From a virus, in the IMG/VR virus record IMGVR_UViG_3300032245_000795, positions 1 through 64,000 of that record: a stretch of DNA of 64,000 bases; one strand, 5' to 3'. Below the pieces are notes generated by a model, which saw only the letters and a list, made by a program, of their open reading frames with translations, made no database searches and was not told the origin of the DNA. The position numbers were made by a program, and so were the translations under genes. Every line of letters starts with the position of its first letter. Positions within the stretch are counted from its first letter, which is position 1. Of this stretch, positions 37,801 to 47,789 are shown in pieces.

Positions 37801-38600
37801 TTACAATCTATAAAGGAACATCTCCATATCTTTATTTAACAAGATATACTGGTATGGAGTTAAAAGGTTCAATTGATCCATTAGAAAATCGTGGTTTGTC
37901 TATTCCAATTAATAAAGAAAAATCTAACAACTTTAAAGTTTTAGCAATGCAGGCAGCAATTAGGTACGACAAGGATGCTTTCCCATATGCTTCTACAGAG
38001 ATCTTTGAAATTAAATCAAGATACTCGCATATAAAGTTTTACATGGTTGCTATACATCCAACTGGAGAAAGAGCAAAAATTTATGCAATTAACGTAAAGA
38101 CTGGCAGACTAGAAAACGGAATAAACTTTTATTGGAATGGAAAAATTGTAAAGGAGCCAGTCATAACCATTAAAGAATGGGGCTTCCTTGGAATTTCTTT
38201 TCCAAAATTGCTAGATTTTGAAAGCAGAGTTGGGCTTCTTAATTTTAATGGTCCACTAACATTTAATACTGTTTCTTACTATCAGTCAACAAACCTTCAA
38301 GAAATTCAAAAGATAGAGGAGAGACCTTGGTTTGCAGTTGAAAATGCTCCACCAGAAGTCCTTGAATGGGATTACTGGAGATCTACTGCATTCCTTTGGG
38401 AGGGTGTTTTAGTGGTGTCTTCAAAGAACTACTATGGCGTAAGTCCGTCAACAATATATAAAAGTTATACTGGAACAAATAAGATTATTATTGATAGCCC
38501 AGGAATACTTACCATAAGCAATGTTAGATCTAATGATGACTACGAGTATAGGATCTATTCTGGTATAACTTCAAAACTAACAACCGTTACTGCCGTCTAA
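34890..38600 (+). CDS. large virion-associated protein (LamG/ConA-like segment)
   Basis: HPVALWALDD N-terminus, YTLETWIR; upstream of the portal block. Confidence 0.6.
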   Translation: MSNPSNLYAEKIYAEHPVALWALDDTADYISLITEPKRNLLNWEIDNGSASSYSLSDEPFSESGTFKITGDITSELSGQVVCVSENIINFSLLNKELSTFSIGGFFNSLSAYASSFEIGYEYFDTTSGNKVQRLKSYPVFLYNEWFFISETFEMPEDNTEFKVVVKINYIGGAADTSDYTFLVNGISVGQWSEEFNSSSLGVTKELLPSEIAIEESYGVPASAYGLEDKKGYYLVSNNSLMAKNTGIPLVYGASNLTKLLPNKDQNGQPKPSLIIPGLGFMGEDGHNKEYTLETWIRINSDSVTKKRIIGPIGSDDGLYVDGPFLTLKIGSVFGSYYVGEWTRPMLTHIRLSENNGSLLVNGEEVISLTYLTSELNFPKSILNEKNQDWIGFYAYEDVSPIEIDCVAIYTYQVPVVLAKKRFVYGQGVEFPEGINQAYSGSSIYIDYPFADYTNNYSYPSLGNWSQGIVDNLEIKNNLLSTPDYSLPDIVLGSGSLSEIYESLKNQQNENENFFSFGSNSGHMYFENLNFLKEKIRSFYGSFKFLSNSPDKQVLFRVNSGTSSNYFEIYSEGLSVVYKLYYGETENILLTLSAVEIGEVFSVGIDIDKISKYFGGTVASFFGNSNSLSFYIAGNSNLTETFSGRIYKVGFCTSRNHKKINQLFNEKGIVIENDNVFLEYLQTPDVEYNSTENYFGTNPAEWDTLISGGEVSSDGAATLQEHTASYTLSPYLSFDKYSLDIDIQGYWEDYVPLTYFAQYVKDKKYKEYYDLDFIQFNINYPSPSVFVEEEQFGSWTYKELSEEYGSPVQRDYSSLGNQLFTNYLNYDDLKNRAYKNYKYDTSNSLVRSYVTFQYTKNGANLSSENFINIEKPSKDSIVIPGEDWNYTKYEVVDNMIIYPPLNSNILDISLVTHLEFKVKAILKNKVSLRSLEYASQAFNATSTNPIGTRFGNEIYPYKKSGFYYDYKSQNPFTIYKGTSPYLYLTRYTGMELKGSIDPLENRGLSIPINKEKSNNFKVLAMQAAIRYDKDAFPYASTEIFEIKSRYSHIKFYMVAIHPTGERAKIYAINVKTGRLENGINFYWNGKIVKEPVITIKEWGFLGISFPKLLDFESRVGLLNFNGPLTFNTVSYYQSTNLQEIQKIEERPWFAVENAPPEVLEWDYWRSTAFLWEGVLVVSSKNYYGVSPSTIYKSYTGTNKIIIDSPGILTISNVRSNDDYEYRIYSGITSKLTTVTAV

Positions 38601-38618
38601 TATGGTATACTTTAGTAT

Positions 38619-39023
38619 ATGAACATGCAAGATCCACGTAAAAAGAAGAAAGCATTGCCTAAAATGAAGGGCCAAGTGGGTGAGTCTCGTGCAAAAATTA
38701 TCGAGAAGCACTACGATTGGGGTCTTTATGTATACAAAAGGGCTAACGGAAAGTGGTTTACAGATGGAAATGGCTCAGTCTTAAACATTGAATCCATGAA
38801 GGGTGACATTCTTCAAATATCAAAACTTAAGGATGCTGCAAAATATTACGGGGATGAAGGAGATGGCGAATGCATCTTTGTTCCAGGATTAACTAGAATT
38901 TCAGAAGAAGAATACTCTGAGCAAAAGCAAAGACTTTCAGAAGGACTTATTCCATCAATGAACGACCTTGGTGCAGTTCAGGCAGCAAAAGACACTATTG
39001 CAAAATATGGAAGTGATGACTGA
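38619..39023 (+). CDS. hypothetical protein preceding portal
   Basis: leaderless 134-aa ORF coupled to portal. Confidence 0.75.
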   Translation: MNMQDPRKKKKALPKMKGQVGESRAKIIEKHYDWGLYVYKRANGKWFTDGNGSVLNIESMKGDILQISKLKDAAKYYGDEGDGECIFVPGLTRISEEEYSEQKQRLSEGLIPSMNDLGAVQAAKDTIAKYGSDD

Positions 39024-40630
39024 TGAGCGAAGAAAAAGAATTTTTTATTAGAGCAAAGACAGACTCTCCATTACCAGAAGATGATACTTTTACAAAGCAA
39101 GATCCATTTAATCAGACATGGGATGTCATTAAAGATTTGCAAGGTTTGGATGGAAATTTTAAAAGAAGAACCTCTCGTATTGTAAAAACAGAAGCAACAC
39201 AGGGATATATTGATAGTTCACGAGCAGAGAGCGTTGGTATTGACGGTGCAAGATCAAAAGAAATTAATTCTGGAACAGTATATAGAAATGCCTATGGTCT
39301 ATTTGATGTAATTACTCCACCATGGAATCTTTACGAACTTGCAAGTTTTTATGATACTTCATTTGCTAACCATGCAGCAATTGATGCAAAGGTTGAAAAC
39401 ATTGTTGGTCTTGGTTATGAGTTCAAGGTATCCAAAAGAACTATGCTAAAGTTAGAAGCATCAGAACCAAAAACAGCAGAGAATGCAAGGAAAAGAATTG
39501 AAAGAGCAAAGATTGAGTTAACCGACTGGCTAGAATCTTTAAATGATGAAGACTCATTTACTACAACAATGGAAAAAGTATTCACTGACCTACAGTCTAC
39601 AGGAAATGCTTATTTAGAAATTGGCAGAACGGTGCGTGGAGACATTGGATATGTAGGTCATATTCCTTCGACTACAATGAGAGTTCGTAGACTCCGTGAT
39701 GGATTTGTTCAGGTTATTGGAAACAAAGTTGTTTACTTCCGTAATTTTGGAGCAACAAATCCAAATCCAGTAGGAGCAGACACAAGACCAAATGAAATTA
39801 TTCACTTTAAGGAATACTCACCTCTAAATACTTTTTATGGTGTACCAGATATTATGTCAGCAATTGGCTCGCTTCATGGTGATCAACTTGCATCACAGTA
39901 CAACATTGATTATTTTCAAAATAAAGCAACTCCAAGATATGTTGTAACTCTTAAGGGTGCTAAATTATCTCCAGAGGCTGAAGATAAAATGTTTAGATTT
40001 TTACAAACAGGTCTTAAGGGCCAGAACCACAGAACACTTTATATTCCATTGCCTGGAGACTCAGATACAAACAAAGTAGAGTTTAAAATGGACCCAGTTG
40101 AAAATGGTGTTCAAGAAGCATCCTTTAAAGAATATCGCAAGCAAAATAGAGATGACATTCTTGTTGCTCATCAGGTTCCATTGTCCAAAATTGGTGGCTC
40201 TGATTCAGCAGCAATCGCAGCAGCACTTTCTCAGGATCGTACTTTTAAGGAACAGGTTGCCAGACCAGCACAAAGAAACCTTGAAAAAATGATCAACAAG
40301 ATAGTAAAAGAAAAAACAGATATTCTTGAGTTTAAGTTTAATGAACTTACACTTACAGATGAAATTGCTCAATCACAAATTATTGAAAGACTTGTTAAGA
40401 CACAAGTTATGCTACCAAATGAAGGTAGAGAACTTCTTGGACTTCCTCAGATTGAGGGTGGCAATGAGCCATTTGATCCAAAGCCAGAACAGGCAGCAAA
40501 CGATAATGCAAACAGAGCAAGGGACACAGAAAGAACAAACAACCAGTCTGACGGACAGGCCACAGTAAGTGGAAGAAATCCAAAAGGCGAAGGTCGCAAG
40601 TTTGATGATCTGACCAAAATGTCCGAATAG
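39023..40630 (+). CDS. portal protein
   Basis: TGNAYLEI, EIIHFK..SP...YG.P, YFQN.A.P, RDDIL.AH.VP. Confidence 0.92.
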   Translation: MSEEKEFFIRAKTDSPLPEDDTFTKQDPFNQTWDVIKDLQGLDGNFKRRTSRIVKTEATQGYIDSSRAESVGIDGARSKEINSGTVYRNAYGLFDVITPPWNLYELASFYDTSFANHAAIDAKVENIVGLGYEFKVSKRTMLKLEASEPKTAENARKRIERAKIELTDWLESLNDEDSFTTTMEKVFTDLQSTGNAYLEIGRTVRGDIGYVGHIPSTTMRVRRLRDGFVQVIGNKVVYFRNFGATNPNPVGADTRPNEIIHFKEYSPLNTFYGVPDIMSAIGSLHGDQLASQYNIDYFQNKATPRYVVTLKGAKLSPEAEDKMFRFLQTGLKGQNHRTLYIPLPGDSDTNKVEFKMDPVENGVQEASFKEYRKQNRDDILVAHQVPLSKIGGSDSAAIAAALSQDRTFKEQVARPAQRNLEKMINKIVKEKTDILEFKFNELTLTDEIAQSQIIERLVKTQVMLPNEGRELLGLPQIEGGNEPFDPKPEQAANDNANRARDTERTNNQSDGQATVSGRNPKGEGRKFDDLTKMSE

Positions 40631-40668
40631 TGATACTTTAGCAAAAAAGGGTATATAATATAATAACC

Positions 40669-41985
40669 ATGATTATATCAAAAGCGCATTGGAATTCAGA
40701 TGGCGATAATCTTCGTCTATCTATGCCTTTAACTAAGGTAGACAAAGAACGCAGGATCGTATCTGGCTTTGCGTCGCTTGATAATGTTGATAAACAAGAT
40801 GATATTGTAACTGCAGAAGCAAGCATGTCAGCCTTTGCAAAGTTCCGTGGAAATATTAGAGAAATGCATCAGCCAGTAGCGGTAGGCAAGATGGTAGATT
40901 TTAAAGAAGATAAGTATTTTGATCCAGAAACAAAAAAGTTTTATAAGGGTGTATTTGTTTCAGCATATGTTTCAAAGGGTGCACAGGATACTTGGGAAAA
41001 GGTTCTTGATGGAACACTTACTGGTTTTTCTATTGGTGGACGAATGAATAAATGGGATGATGCCTATGACGAGAAATCAGATAAGACAATTAGAGTTATT
41101 AAGGAATATGATTTGGTGGAGTTGAGTCTTGTAGATTCACCTGCTAATCAATTTGCAAATATTGTTTCAGTAGAAAAAGTTGACGGTGTAGATGTTATCA
41201 AGGGTGACTCCACTGTTTTAGAGAATGTTTTTTATGACAAAGAAAATGGAATAGTTATAGCATCTGAAAATGAATCAGAACTTAGCCCAATTACTGGTGA
41301 GCAGATGGAAAACATAGGATTCGTTGAAAAAACGGATAGCGAAAAAACAAACATGATAAAATTCTTAGTTGATAGTGCTAAAGGCATTAATACTTCTAAG
41401 ATTAACAAGGAGGTACAACCTATGACAGAAAATACAGAAATCGTTGCAGAAGTTATTGAAACAGAAGCAGTAGTAGAAGTAGAAAAGTCAGAGGTCGCTC
41501 CAGAGGTTGATGCCGTAGTAGAGGCACCTACAGATGAAGTTGCTAAGGCCGATGAAGTCCTAGCATCTGAAGAAGTTGCAAAGTCTGAAGAGACTCCTGC
41601 AGTTGATGTAGTTGAAGAAGTTACAGAAGTATCTAAATCAGATGAAGCAGTTGTTGACTCAGTTGCTGAAATCAAGAACACTCTAGAATCAGCCTTTAGC
41701 GATCTAGTTTCAACAGTTAAGTCTTTGCAGGCAGAAGTAGAAATGCTTAAGTCTACAAAGGTAGATGTTGAGACAGCAAAAACATCATTTGAAGCAGTTG
41801 CAAAAGATATTGCAGCAGCAACAAATACATTCAATGAATTTGGTAAGCGTGTGGAACTTGTAGAGCAAGACACTGCTTTCCGAAAGTCTGGCGATCTCGG
41901 CGAGATAGTACAGAATCAACCTGAAACGGTTGAAAAATCCCTATGGGGCGGTAGTTTCCTCAAAACAGCCGACTTATTCAATTAA
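40669..41985 (+). CDS. HK97-type prohead protease with acidic scaffold extension
   Basis: SGFAS..NVD...D, REMH, GFSIGG, ELSLVDSPAN. Confidence 0.9.
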   Translation: MIISKAHWNSDGDNLRLSMPLTKVDKERRIVSGFASLDNVDKQDDIVTAEASMSAFAKFRGNIREMHQPVAVGKMVDFKEDKYFDPETKKFYKGVFVSAYVSKGAQDTWEKVLDGTLTGFSIGGRMNKWDDAYDEKSDKTIRVIKEYDLVELSLVDSPANQFANIVSVEKVDGVDVIKGDSTVLENVFYDKENGIVIASENESELSPITGEQMENIGFVEKTDSEKTNMIKFLVDSAKGINTSKINKEVQPMTENTEIVAEVIETEAVVEVEKSEVAPEVDAVVEAPTDEVAKADEVLASEEVAKSEETPAVDVVEEVTEVSKSDEAVVDSVAEIKNTLESAFSDLVSTVKSLQAEVEMLKSTKVDVETAKTSFEAVAKDIAAATNTFNEFGKRVELVEQDTAFRKSGDLGEIVQNQPETVEKSLWGGSFLKTADLFN

Positions 41986-42021
41986 AAAACAAATAAGTAA
42001 AAAATCACAGGAGGTGACAAT

Positions 42022-43167
42022 ATGTCGGAACAAAATATAGAAAAGAACCAGCCTGGAACATCAGGTAATCTTGGTGGAACAGCACCAGGACTGTATCAGG
42101 GACAAGGTGCGTTCGCATCAGGCTCAGACGCAGGTTCAAACGTACCAGGTAATTACACCGATGGTGGCGTGTTAGGAAATATCCCAACAGCACTATCAGG
42201 CGTTACATCTGGACCAAATGCAGTTAACCCTTCAGGTGAGGCTGGATCAGGTATCCTACGCCCAGAGCAAGCACGTCGTTTTATTGACTACGTGTGGGAT
42301 GCAACCATTCTCGCCCAAGATGGCCGTCGCGTTACAATGAGAGCCAATACAATGGAACTCGAAAAGGTAAACGTCGGAGAGCGTGTTATTCGTGCAGCAG
42401 CGCAAGCAGTTGGCGATTACACAAACGCAGGTGCAACATTTTCAAAGGTTGAATTGACTACAAAGAAGATTCGTCTTGACTGGGAAGTATCTGCAGAAGC
42501 ACTAGAAGATAACATCGAAGGTGCAGCACTAGAAGATCACATCGTACGCTTGATGACAAACGCTTTCGGTAATGATATCGAAGACCTTGCAATCAACGGA
42601 GATGGCTCAACAGGAAACTTCCTTTCAATTATGGAAGGTTTCGTAAGCCATGTTAAGAATGACGGAGATGCACATGAAGCAGTTGTAACAGTTGCTAATG
42701 ATACTTGGTCAACAGACGCAATGCAGAAGATCATTCTTGCAATGCCACGTAAGTATCGTGCTATCAAGTCTAACTTGAAGTTCTATGCTGGTACAGATGC
42801 ATTCCAAGGAATCATCAAGAATAACGGTACACTTGCAGACGCAGTAGCAGAAGCATTTGCTAACCGTCCAGCAGGTACTGCTGCAAACCGTCAAGCATAC
42901 CTTGATGGCGCTGGACAGACATTCGGTGGAGCACGTACAACACGTGTTCTCGGAATTGACGTTCAGGAAGTTCCATACTACCCTGCAGGATATGTCGATT
43001 TGACATTCCCACAGAACCGTGTATGGGGATTCCAGCGTGACATTACTGTAAACCGTGAATACAAGCCAAAGAAGGATACTGTAGAATATACAGTCTTCGT
43101 TCGCTTCGGTATTCAATGGGAAGAGCAGGATGCAATCGCATGGGCTGACGCTGCAGCAGATGCATAA
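42022..43167 (+). CDS. major capsid protein (HK97 fold)
   Basis: G.L.PEQ..RFID, EALEDNIEG, EDLAINGDG; position; strong RBS and downstream terminator. Confidence 0.92.
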   Translation: MSEQNIEKNQPGTSGNLGGTAPGLYQGQGAFASGSDAGSNVPGNYTDGGVLGNIPTALSGVTSGPNAVNPSGEAGSGILRPEQARRFIDYVWDATILAQDGRRVTMRANTMELEKVNVGERVIRAAAQAVGDYTNAGATFSKVELTTKKIRLDWEVSAEALEDNIEGAALEDHIVRLMTNAFGNDIEDLAINGDGSTGNFLSIMEGFVSHVKNDGDAHEAVVTVANDTWSTDAMQKIILAMPRKYRAIKSNLKFYAGTDAFQGIIKNNGTLADAVAEAFANRPAGTAANRQAYLDGAGQTFGGARTTRVLGIDVQEVPYYPAGYVDLTFPQNRVWGFQRDITVNREYKPKKDTVEYTVFVRFGIQWEEQDAIAWADAAADA

Positions 43168-43186
43168 TCTGTAAACAGTACATTTT

Positions 43187-43221
43187 AGGGGGAGTAGGAG
43201 TTAGTTCTCCTGCTCCCCTTA
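43187..43221 (+). terminator. intrinsic terminator after capsid gene
   Basis: GGGGAGTAGGAG...CTCCTGCTCCCC-TT. Confidence 0.75.
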
Positions 43222-43257
43222 TTACTTATAATGATATAATACTAACAAGGAGGAATT

Positions 43258-43713
43258 ATGGAAAACATTAATGAAAATCCAATTGTAGAAGAAACACTAG
43301 CACCAGTTGTTGAGACATCAGTTGAAGAAGCACCAGTTGCTGAAGCACCAGTTGAAGCACCAATTGCAGAGCCAGTTGTAGAAACTCCAGTTGTAGAAGA
43401 GGCTGCCCAGGCAGTTGTTGAAGCACCTGCATATCAAGCACCTGAAGAAGTTCAGGCACTTGGATCAGTTGCAGAGGGTGTGATTGGTGCTACTACAGCA
43501 GCAGTTGCTTCCCCAAGAAAAAAGAAGGAAAAGGCTGCAGAAGTTAAAGAAAAGGTAGCACTTTATTCAACAAAGAATGTTACATGGTCAGAGGTAGGCA
43601 AGGTTTATCGTGGCTATAACATTGTTGATAAGGATGCTGCTGAAAAGTGGCTTACTCGTTCACATATTAGAATTGCTACTCCAGAAGAAGTTGCTAAGGA
43701 ATTTGGTAAGTAA
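43258..43713 (+). CDS. acidic low-complexity head-associated protein
   Basis: EAPV repeats; position. Confidence 0.65.
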   Translation: MENINENPIVEETLAPVVETSVEEAPVAEAPVEAPIAEPVVETPVVEEAAQAVVEAPAYQAPEEVQALGSVAEGVIGATTAAVASPRKKKEKAAEVKEKVALYSTKNVTWSEVGKVYRGYNIVDKDAAEKWLTRSHIRIATPEEVAKEFGK

Positions 43714-43716
43714 TCA

Positions 43717-44625
43717 ATGGAGGTTATGAGAGTTCCACCTTATCCTATTGTAACAACATGGGAATTACCTATACAAAACTATACGTATATTCAATATGTT
43801 GAGGATTTGGTGGATCACTCAGTAATGGAAACAGAGGTTCAATCAGATGCCAATGGCATAGTTGAATACGTCTTACAGTTAGAAAAAATACAGTTTGATA
43901 GAAAATTTCTTATTCGTTTTTATGATACAGAACATGAGCATATTTTATATGAAAGCAACTTGGACGTAATTCGTCCATATGTTAATGCAAATAAACTTGG
44001 CACAACGGCATCAGAAATTACAGAATACAGAATGCTTGAACTTGTTTCAAGATCAATCATTGACACTATTATTCCAAATGGTTTTTATAATTACAAAAAA
44101 ATTATTCAGGCAGTTGGTCAGGGATCTGATTATTTCCCATTATGGTATGACACAAATAAGGTTTTAAAAGTTTATGAAAACAATGTTTTGGTTTATGATG
44201 TTGACACTCCAGAACTAAATGAATATGACTATTTAATTACGTTAGATAATTCTGCAATTCAAAGAGTTATTTCTGGTGTATATAATAGATCAGAGCAGGC
44301 TGTTCCAAACCTTCCAGTAGGGAGAGGAGATCTTGGGTATTATGGTTATAAATCAATTGCTTTCCCACAAGGATATGACTATACATTTGTAGTATCTACA
44401 GGGTATCTAACAATTCCATCAGATGTAGAATATGCAACAAAAACTTTAATGGAAGATATTAAATGTGGAAAACTTGATTACTATAAGAGATATGTAACTT
44501 CTTATAATACAGATCAGTTTAAAATTCAGTTTGACAAATCAGTTCTTAATGGAACTGGTAACATGCTAGTAGATAAGATATTAGATAAGTATTCAAATAC
44601 TATTCTTAAACCAGGGATAATTTAA
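43717..44625 (+). CDS. head-tail adaptor
   Basis: GY..IPSDV..A...L, TGN.LVD.IL..Y; position. Confidence 0.7.
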   Translation: MEVMRVPPYPIVTTWELPIQNYTYIQYVEDLVDHSVMETEVQSDANGIVEYVLQLEKIQFDRKFLIRFYDTEHEHILYESNLDVIRPYVNANKLGTTASEITEYRMLELVSRSIIDTIIPNGFYNYKKIIQAVGQGSDYFPLWYDTNKVLKVYENNVLVYDVDTPELNEYDYLITLDNSAIQRVISGVYNRSEQAVPNLPVGRGDLGYYGYKSIAFPQGYDYTFVVSTGYLTIPSDVEYATKTLMEDIKCGKLDYYKRYVTSYNTDQFKIQFDKSVLNGTGNMLVDKILDKYSNTILKPGII

Positions 44626-45071
44626 TGATATGCGAAGAGCCAGACTTTGTCTTTCCATTACAGGCCGATATTTACTATCCAATTGTTGAGCAAGAAATTT
44701 ATGGAAATGTTAAAAAAACTTGGATTTTAGATAAGACGATTGCAGCAAACTTTAATACAGTAGGAACTGCTGGTAAAGAAGAAATTAAACCAAACGTAAA
44801 TATTACACAACGAACAACACTGGTTGGAAGAGTTAAAACAGATCTTCGTATATCAAGTTTGGACTCCCCACATTCAATAACAAACATTATCTTAACAAAT
44901 ATTCGTGATAAAAATTGTAATTATATATACACAGAAACTTCTGGTCCAAGATCTGGAAAATCTACAATATTTGAAATAGCAACGCAGGAACCATTTGTTG
45001 GGCCTTTTGGTGGAATAGAATACTATAACTTGGTAATAAGAAGGTCTGAAAATCAGGCGGTAGATATATAA
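44625..45071 (+). CDS. head closure/stopper protein
   Basis: synteny and size. Confidence 0.6.
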   Translation: MICEEPDFVFPLQADIYYPIVEQEIYGNVKKTWILDKTIAANFNTVGTAGKEEIKPNVNITQRTTLVGRVKTDLRISSLDSPHSITNIILTNIRDKNCNYIYTETSGPRSGKSTIFEIATQEPFVGPFGGIEYYNLVIRRSENQAVDI

Positions 45072-45745
45072 TGTTAAAAGTTATTATAGACAGCAAGCAG
45101 TTTCAAAAAGAAATTAGCAATATCATGAACTACTCTACTGGGTTTTTAGAGGGAATTCAAAAAGGTAAGGTAGAACTTTACGCATCTCTAGCACCAAAAA
45201 TATCAGAACTAGCAGCACAGTTTATTGATGTTAATGCAAGAATGTCTCCACAACTACTTCATCATATATATGAGTGGGAAAAAGTAGGAAGTCCAGAAGC
45301 AAGACTATTTGATTTAGATTATAAAATTAGCAATATTGGTATAACATTTACATCGTCATTAAAACAATCTACATCGATTAAAAATGGATCAAATGTTCCA
45401 TTTTATAATAAAGCAAAAATAATGGAAGAAGGAACTTCTATTACTATTAAACCTAAAAAAGCAAATGCTTTAAGGTTTGAAATTGATGGAGAAGAAATCT
45501 ATACTTCAAAAGATGTTATTGTCAAAAAGCCTGGTGGCCAGACACAGGGTCAGTTTGAAAATATAGTCGATAAATTTTTTGGAGTATATTTTAGACAGTC
45601 ATTTTTAAATTCAAGTGGCTTGCTTCAATACTTTCAGACCCCACAGACTTATAAAAAGAATTTGGCATCTGCAAAAAGAGGCGGTAGGGCTCTAGGTCTT
45701 AAGACGGGCTATCGCTGGGTAGTAGATGCAGGAAGGATCTCATAA
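45071..45745 (+). CDS. neck/tail completion protein
   Basis: synteny; F.NKA.IME.G, I.PK....L.F. Confidence 0.55.
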   Translation: MLKVIIDSKQFQKEISNIMNYSTGFLEGIQKGKVELYASLAPKISELAAQFIDVNARMSPQLLHHIYEWEKVGSPEARLFDLDYKISNIGITFTSSLKQSTSIKNGSNVPFYNKAKIMEEGTSITIKPKKANALRFEIDGEEIYTSKDVIVKKPGGQTQGQFENIVDKFFGVYFRQSFLNSSGLLQYFQTPQTYKKNLASAKRGGRALGLKTGYRWVVDAGRIS

Positions 45746-46299
45746 TGACAGAATCAACATCAACGCTAAATACTCCAGGGTTATGGGTAAACAAATATTT
45801 ACAAGAAAAAATTTATGCAAGTGCAGATATAGCAATGCCATTTTTTCCAACAGCGCCCAACACAATAGATGATTTAACCGAACAATGGGTAGTAATAAAT
45901 GATGAAAGACTCTCCTACCAAGGGGTTGTTGCTGTATATGATAGATTGATTAGAATGAGAAGATCTCCATTTCCACATATTAAATGCGAACAACTTCTTT
46001 ATTATTTTTATGCAACTCAAAACAATGTTACTAAAAGTATGATACAGGTACAAGAGGCAGTTTTAAGGCTTATGGACCGTGGAGACGAGTCTGCCGAAGA
46101 CATAAACACTTGGGCAAAAGGAAAAACCCTTGATGGAATGTCATGTAAGTTCTATTTTCATAATTTTAAGATATATCAATTAGAGGAAGTTAGGGATATA
46201 ATTGATTTTGGCACAGCCCGTACTTATGGCGGTAACAAGATAATTATTGACTACGACTACCATCAGATGCAAGACATTATAGACTCAGTAATCTCTTAA
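45745..46299 (+). CDS. tail terminator-like protein
   Basis: synteny before the major tail gene. Confidence 0.5.
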   Translation: MTESTSTLNTPGLWVNKYLQEKIYASADIAMPFFPTAPNTIDDLTEQWVVINDERLSYQGVVAVYDRLIRMRRSPFPHIKCEQLLYYFYATQNNVTKSMIQVQEAVLRLMDRGDESAEDINTWAKGKTLDGMSCKFYFHNFKIYQLEEVRDIIDFGTARTYGGNKIIIDYDYHQMQDIIDSVIS

Positions 46300-46368
46300 A
46301 AAGGGTTGTATAATTAAGGTGAGGAAACAAGCCCTTTTAATCCAAAAGAAAAAAAAGAGGTGAAAAAT

Positions 46369-46989
46369 ATGGCATATACACGTGGTAGCAGCAACAATAT
46401 TATTGTTGGAGCAGCAGCCCTCTTCACACATGAAGACGGCGTACTCACAGACGAAGGACTTCCAGCATATGTAGCAGGAACATCATACAGAGAGACACTC
46501 TCAAACGATGCAGACTTCCGCAATGTTGGTTATACAATGAATGGTTTGGAAATTCAGTTCCAGCCAGATTTTGGTGAAGTAGCAGTAGACCAGGTACTTG
46601 ACGTTGCTAAGTTGTTTAAGCAAGGCATGCAGGTAAACCTAAATACTACATTCGCAGAATCAACACTAGAGAACCTATTGTTTGCACTAGCAGGCAAGGA
46701 TGGAGATCTAAATACAGTATCAGGAAACCCAACACTTAACCTTTCAGCAGGAGACATCGGCGAATGCCCAGTCGAACGTGGTTTGGTAGCAGTTGGTCCA
46801 GGAACTGGAGATTGTGCAATTGGAGATGAACTCGAAAGAGTTTACGTAGCATACCGTGCTCTTTCAATCGAAAGCGTAACAGTATCTGCAAAGAGAGATG
46901 AAGCGACAATGTTCGAAGTATCATTCCGTCTTCTTCCAAATGATGATGCGTCATACGGTAAGATCGTAGACCGCACTATCCCAGCATAA
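46369..46989 (+). CDS. major tail (tube) protein
   Basis: NIIVGAA, VGYT.NG.E, VDQ, T.FAE.TLENL; followed by a UUCG terminator. Confidence 0.85.
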   Translation: MAYTRGSSNNIIVGAAALFTHEDGVLTDEGLPAYVAGTSYRETLSNDADFRNVGYTMNGLEIQFQPDFGEVAVDQVLDVAKLFKQGMQVNLNTTFAESTLENLLFALAGKDGDLNTVSGNPTLNLSAGDIGECPVERGLVAVGPGTGDCAIGDELERVYVAYRALSIESVTVSAKRDEATMFEVSFRLLPNDDASYGKIVDRTIPA

Positions 46990-47006
46990 TACAACTTAAT
47001 ATACGA

Positions 47007-47036
47007 GAGGCTCAATCCTTCGGGGTTGGGCCTTTC
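47007..47036 (+). terminator. intrinsic terminator with UUCG loop
   Basis: AGGCTCAATCC-TTCG-GGGTTGGGCCT-TTC. Confidence 0.8.
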
Positions 47037-47055
47037 TGTTTGGTATACTTATATA

Positions 47056-47760
47056 ATGCCTACAGAAATATACAAAACCTCAATCATTGAACTCTTTGAT
47101 GGCACAGAAATTTACATTACTCCATTAAAAATAAAATATTTAAAGTTATTTTTAGATGAGTTTCAAAATGTAAAAGCATCAAAAAATGATGATGAAGCAA
47201 TGTTTTATCTTGCTAAGTGTGCAACTATTACTATGAGGCAATATTGCCCAAGTATAAAAAATCAAGAACAACTAGAAGATAATATTGATATGCCAACAAT
47301 TTATAAGTTGTTAGATTTTTCAGCAGGAATAAAGATAAATGAAAAATCTGAAGAGACAGTAAAATCTCAAGCAACAGAAAGTGGATCTTCATGGGATGAT
47401 CTAGATTTAGCAGAGTTAGAGGCAGAGGTGTTTTTGCTTGGTATATGGAAAGATTATGATGAACTAGAATCATCTATGTCAATGCCAGAAATAATGGCAA
47501 CACTTAAAGTAAAAAGAGAACTTGACTATTCTCAAAAAAAGTTTCTTGCTGCCATGCAAGGTGTTGATTTAGATAAGGCAAGCAACAAAGGCAATGCATG
47601 GGAAGAAATGAAAGCCAGGGTGTTTAGTGGTGGTCAAGCAGCAGACTCTAAAGATATTGTTGCTCTTCAAGGATACAATGCACAAAAAGCAGGGTTTGGA
47701 ATTGGTATGGGCTTAACCTATGAAAAATTAGACGAATCTGTACCGTCCAGCGTGGTATAA
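47056..47760 (+). CDS. tail assembly chaperone, G+T-like in-frame fusion
   Basis: N-half paralogous to 47790..48116; C-half LGIWKDYDELE.S.SMPE. Confidence 0.75.
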   Translation: MPTEIYKTSIIELFDGTEIYITPLKIKYLKLFLDEFQNVKASKNDDEAMFYLAKCATITMRQYCPSIKNQEQLEDNIDMPTIYKLLDFSAGIKINEKSEETVKSQATESGSSWDDLDLAELEAEVFLLGIWKDYDELESSMSMPEIMATLKVKRELDYSQKKFLAAMQGVDLDKASNKGNAWEEMKARVFSGGQAADSKDIVALQGYNAQKAGFGIGMGLTYEKLDESVPSSVV

Positions 47761-47789
47761 TTAATTGTTAACCTACAAGGAGGAAAACT

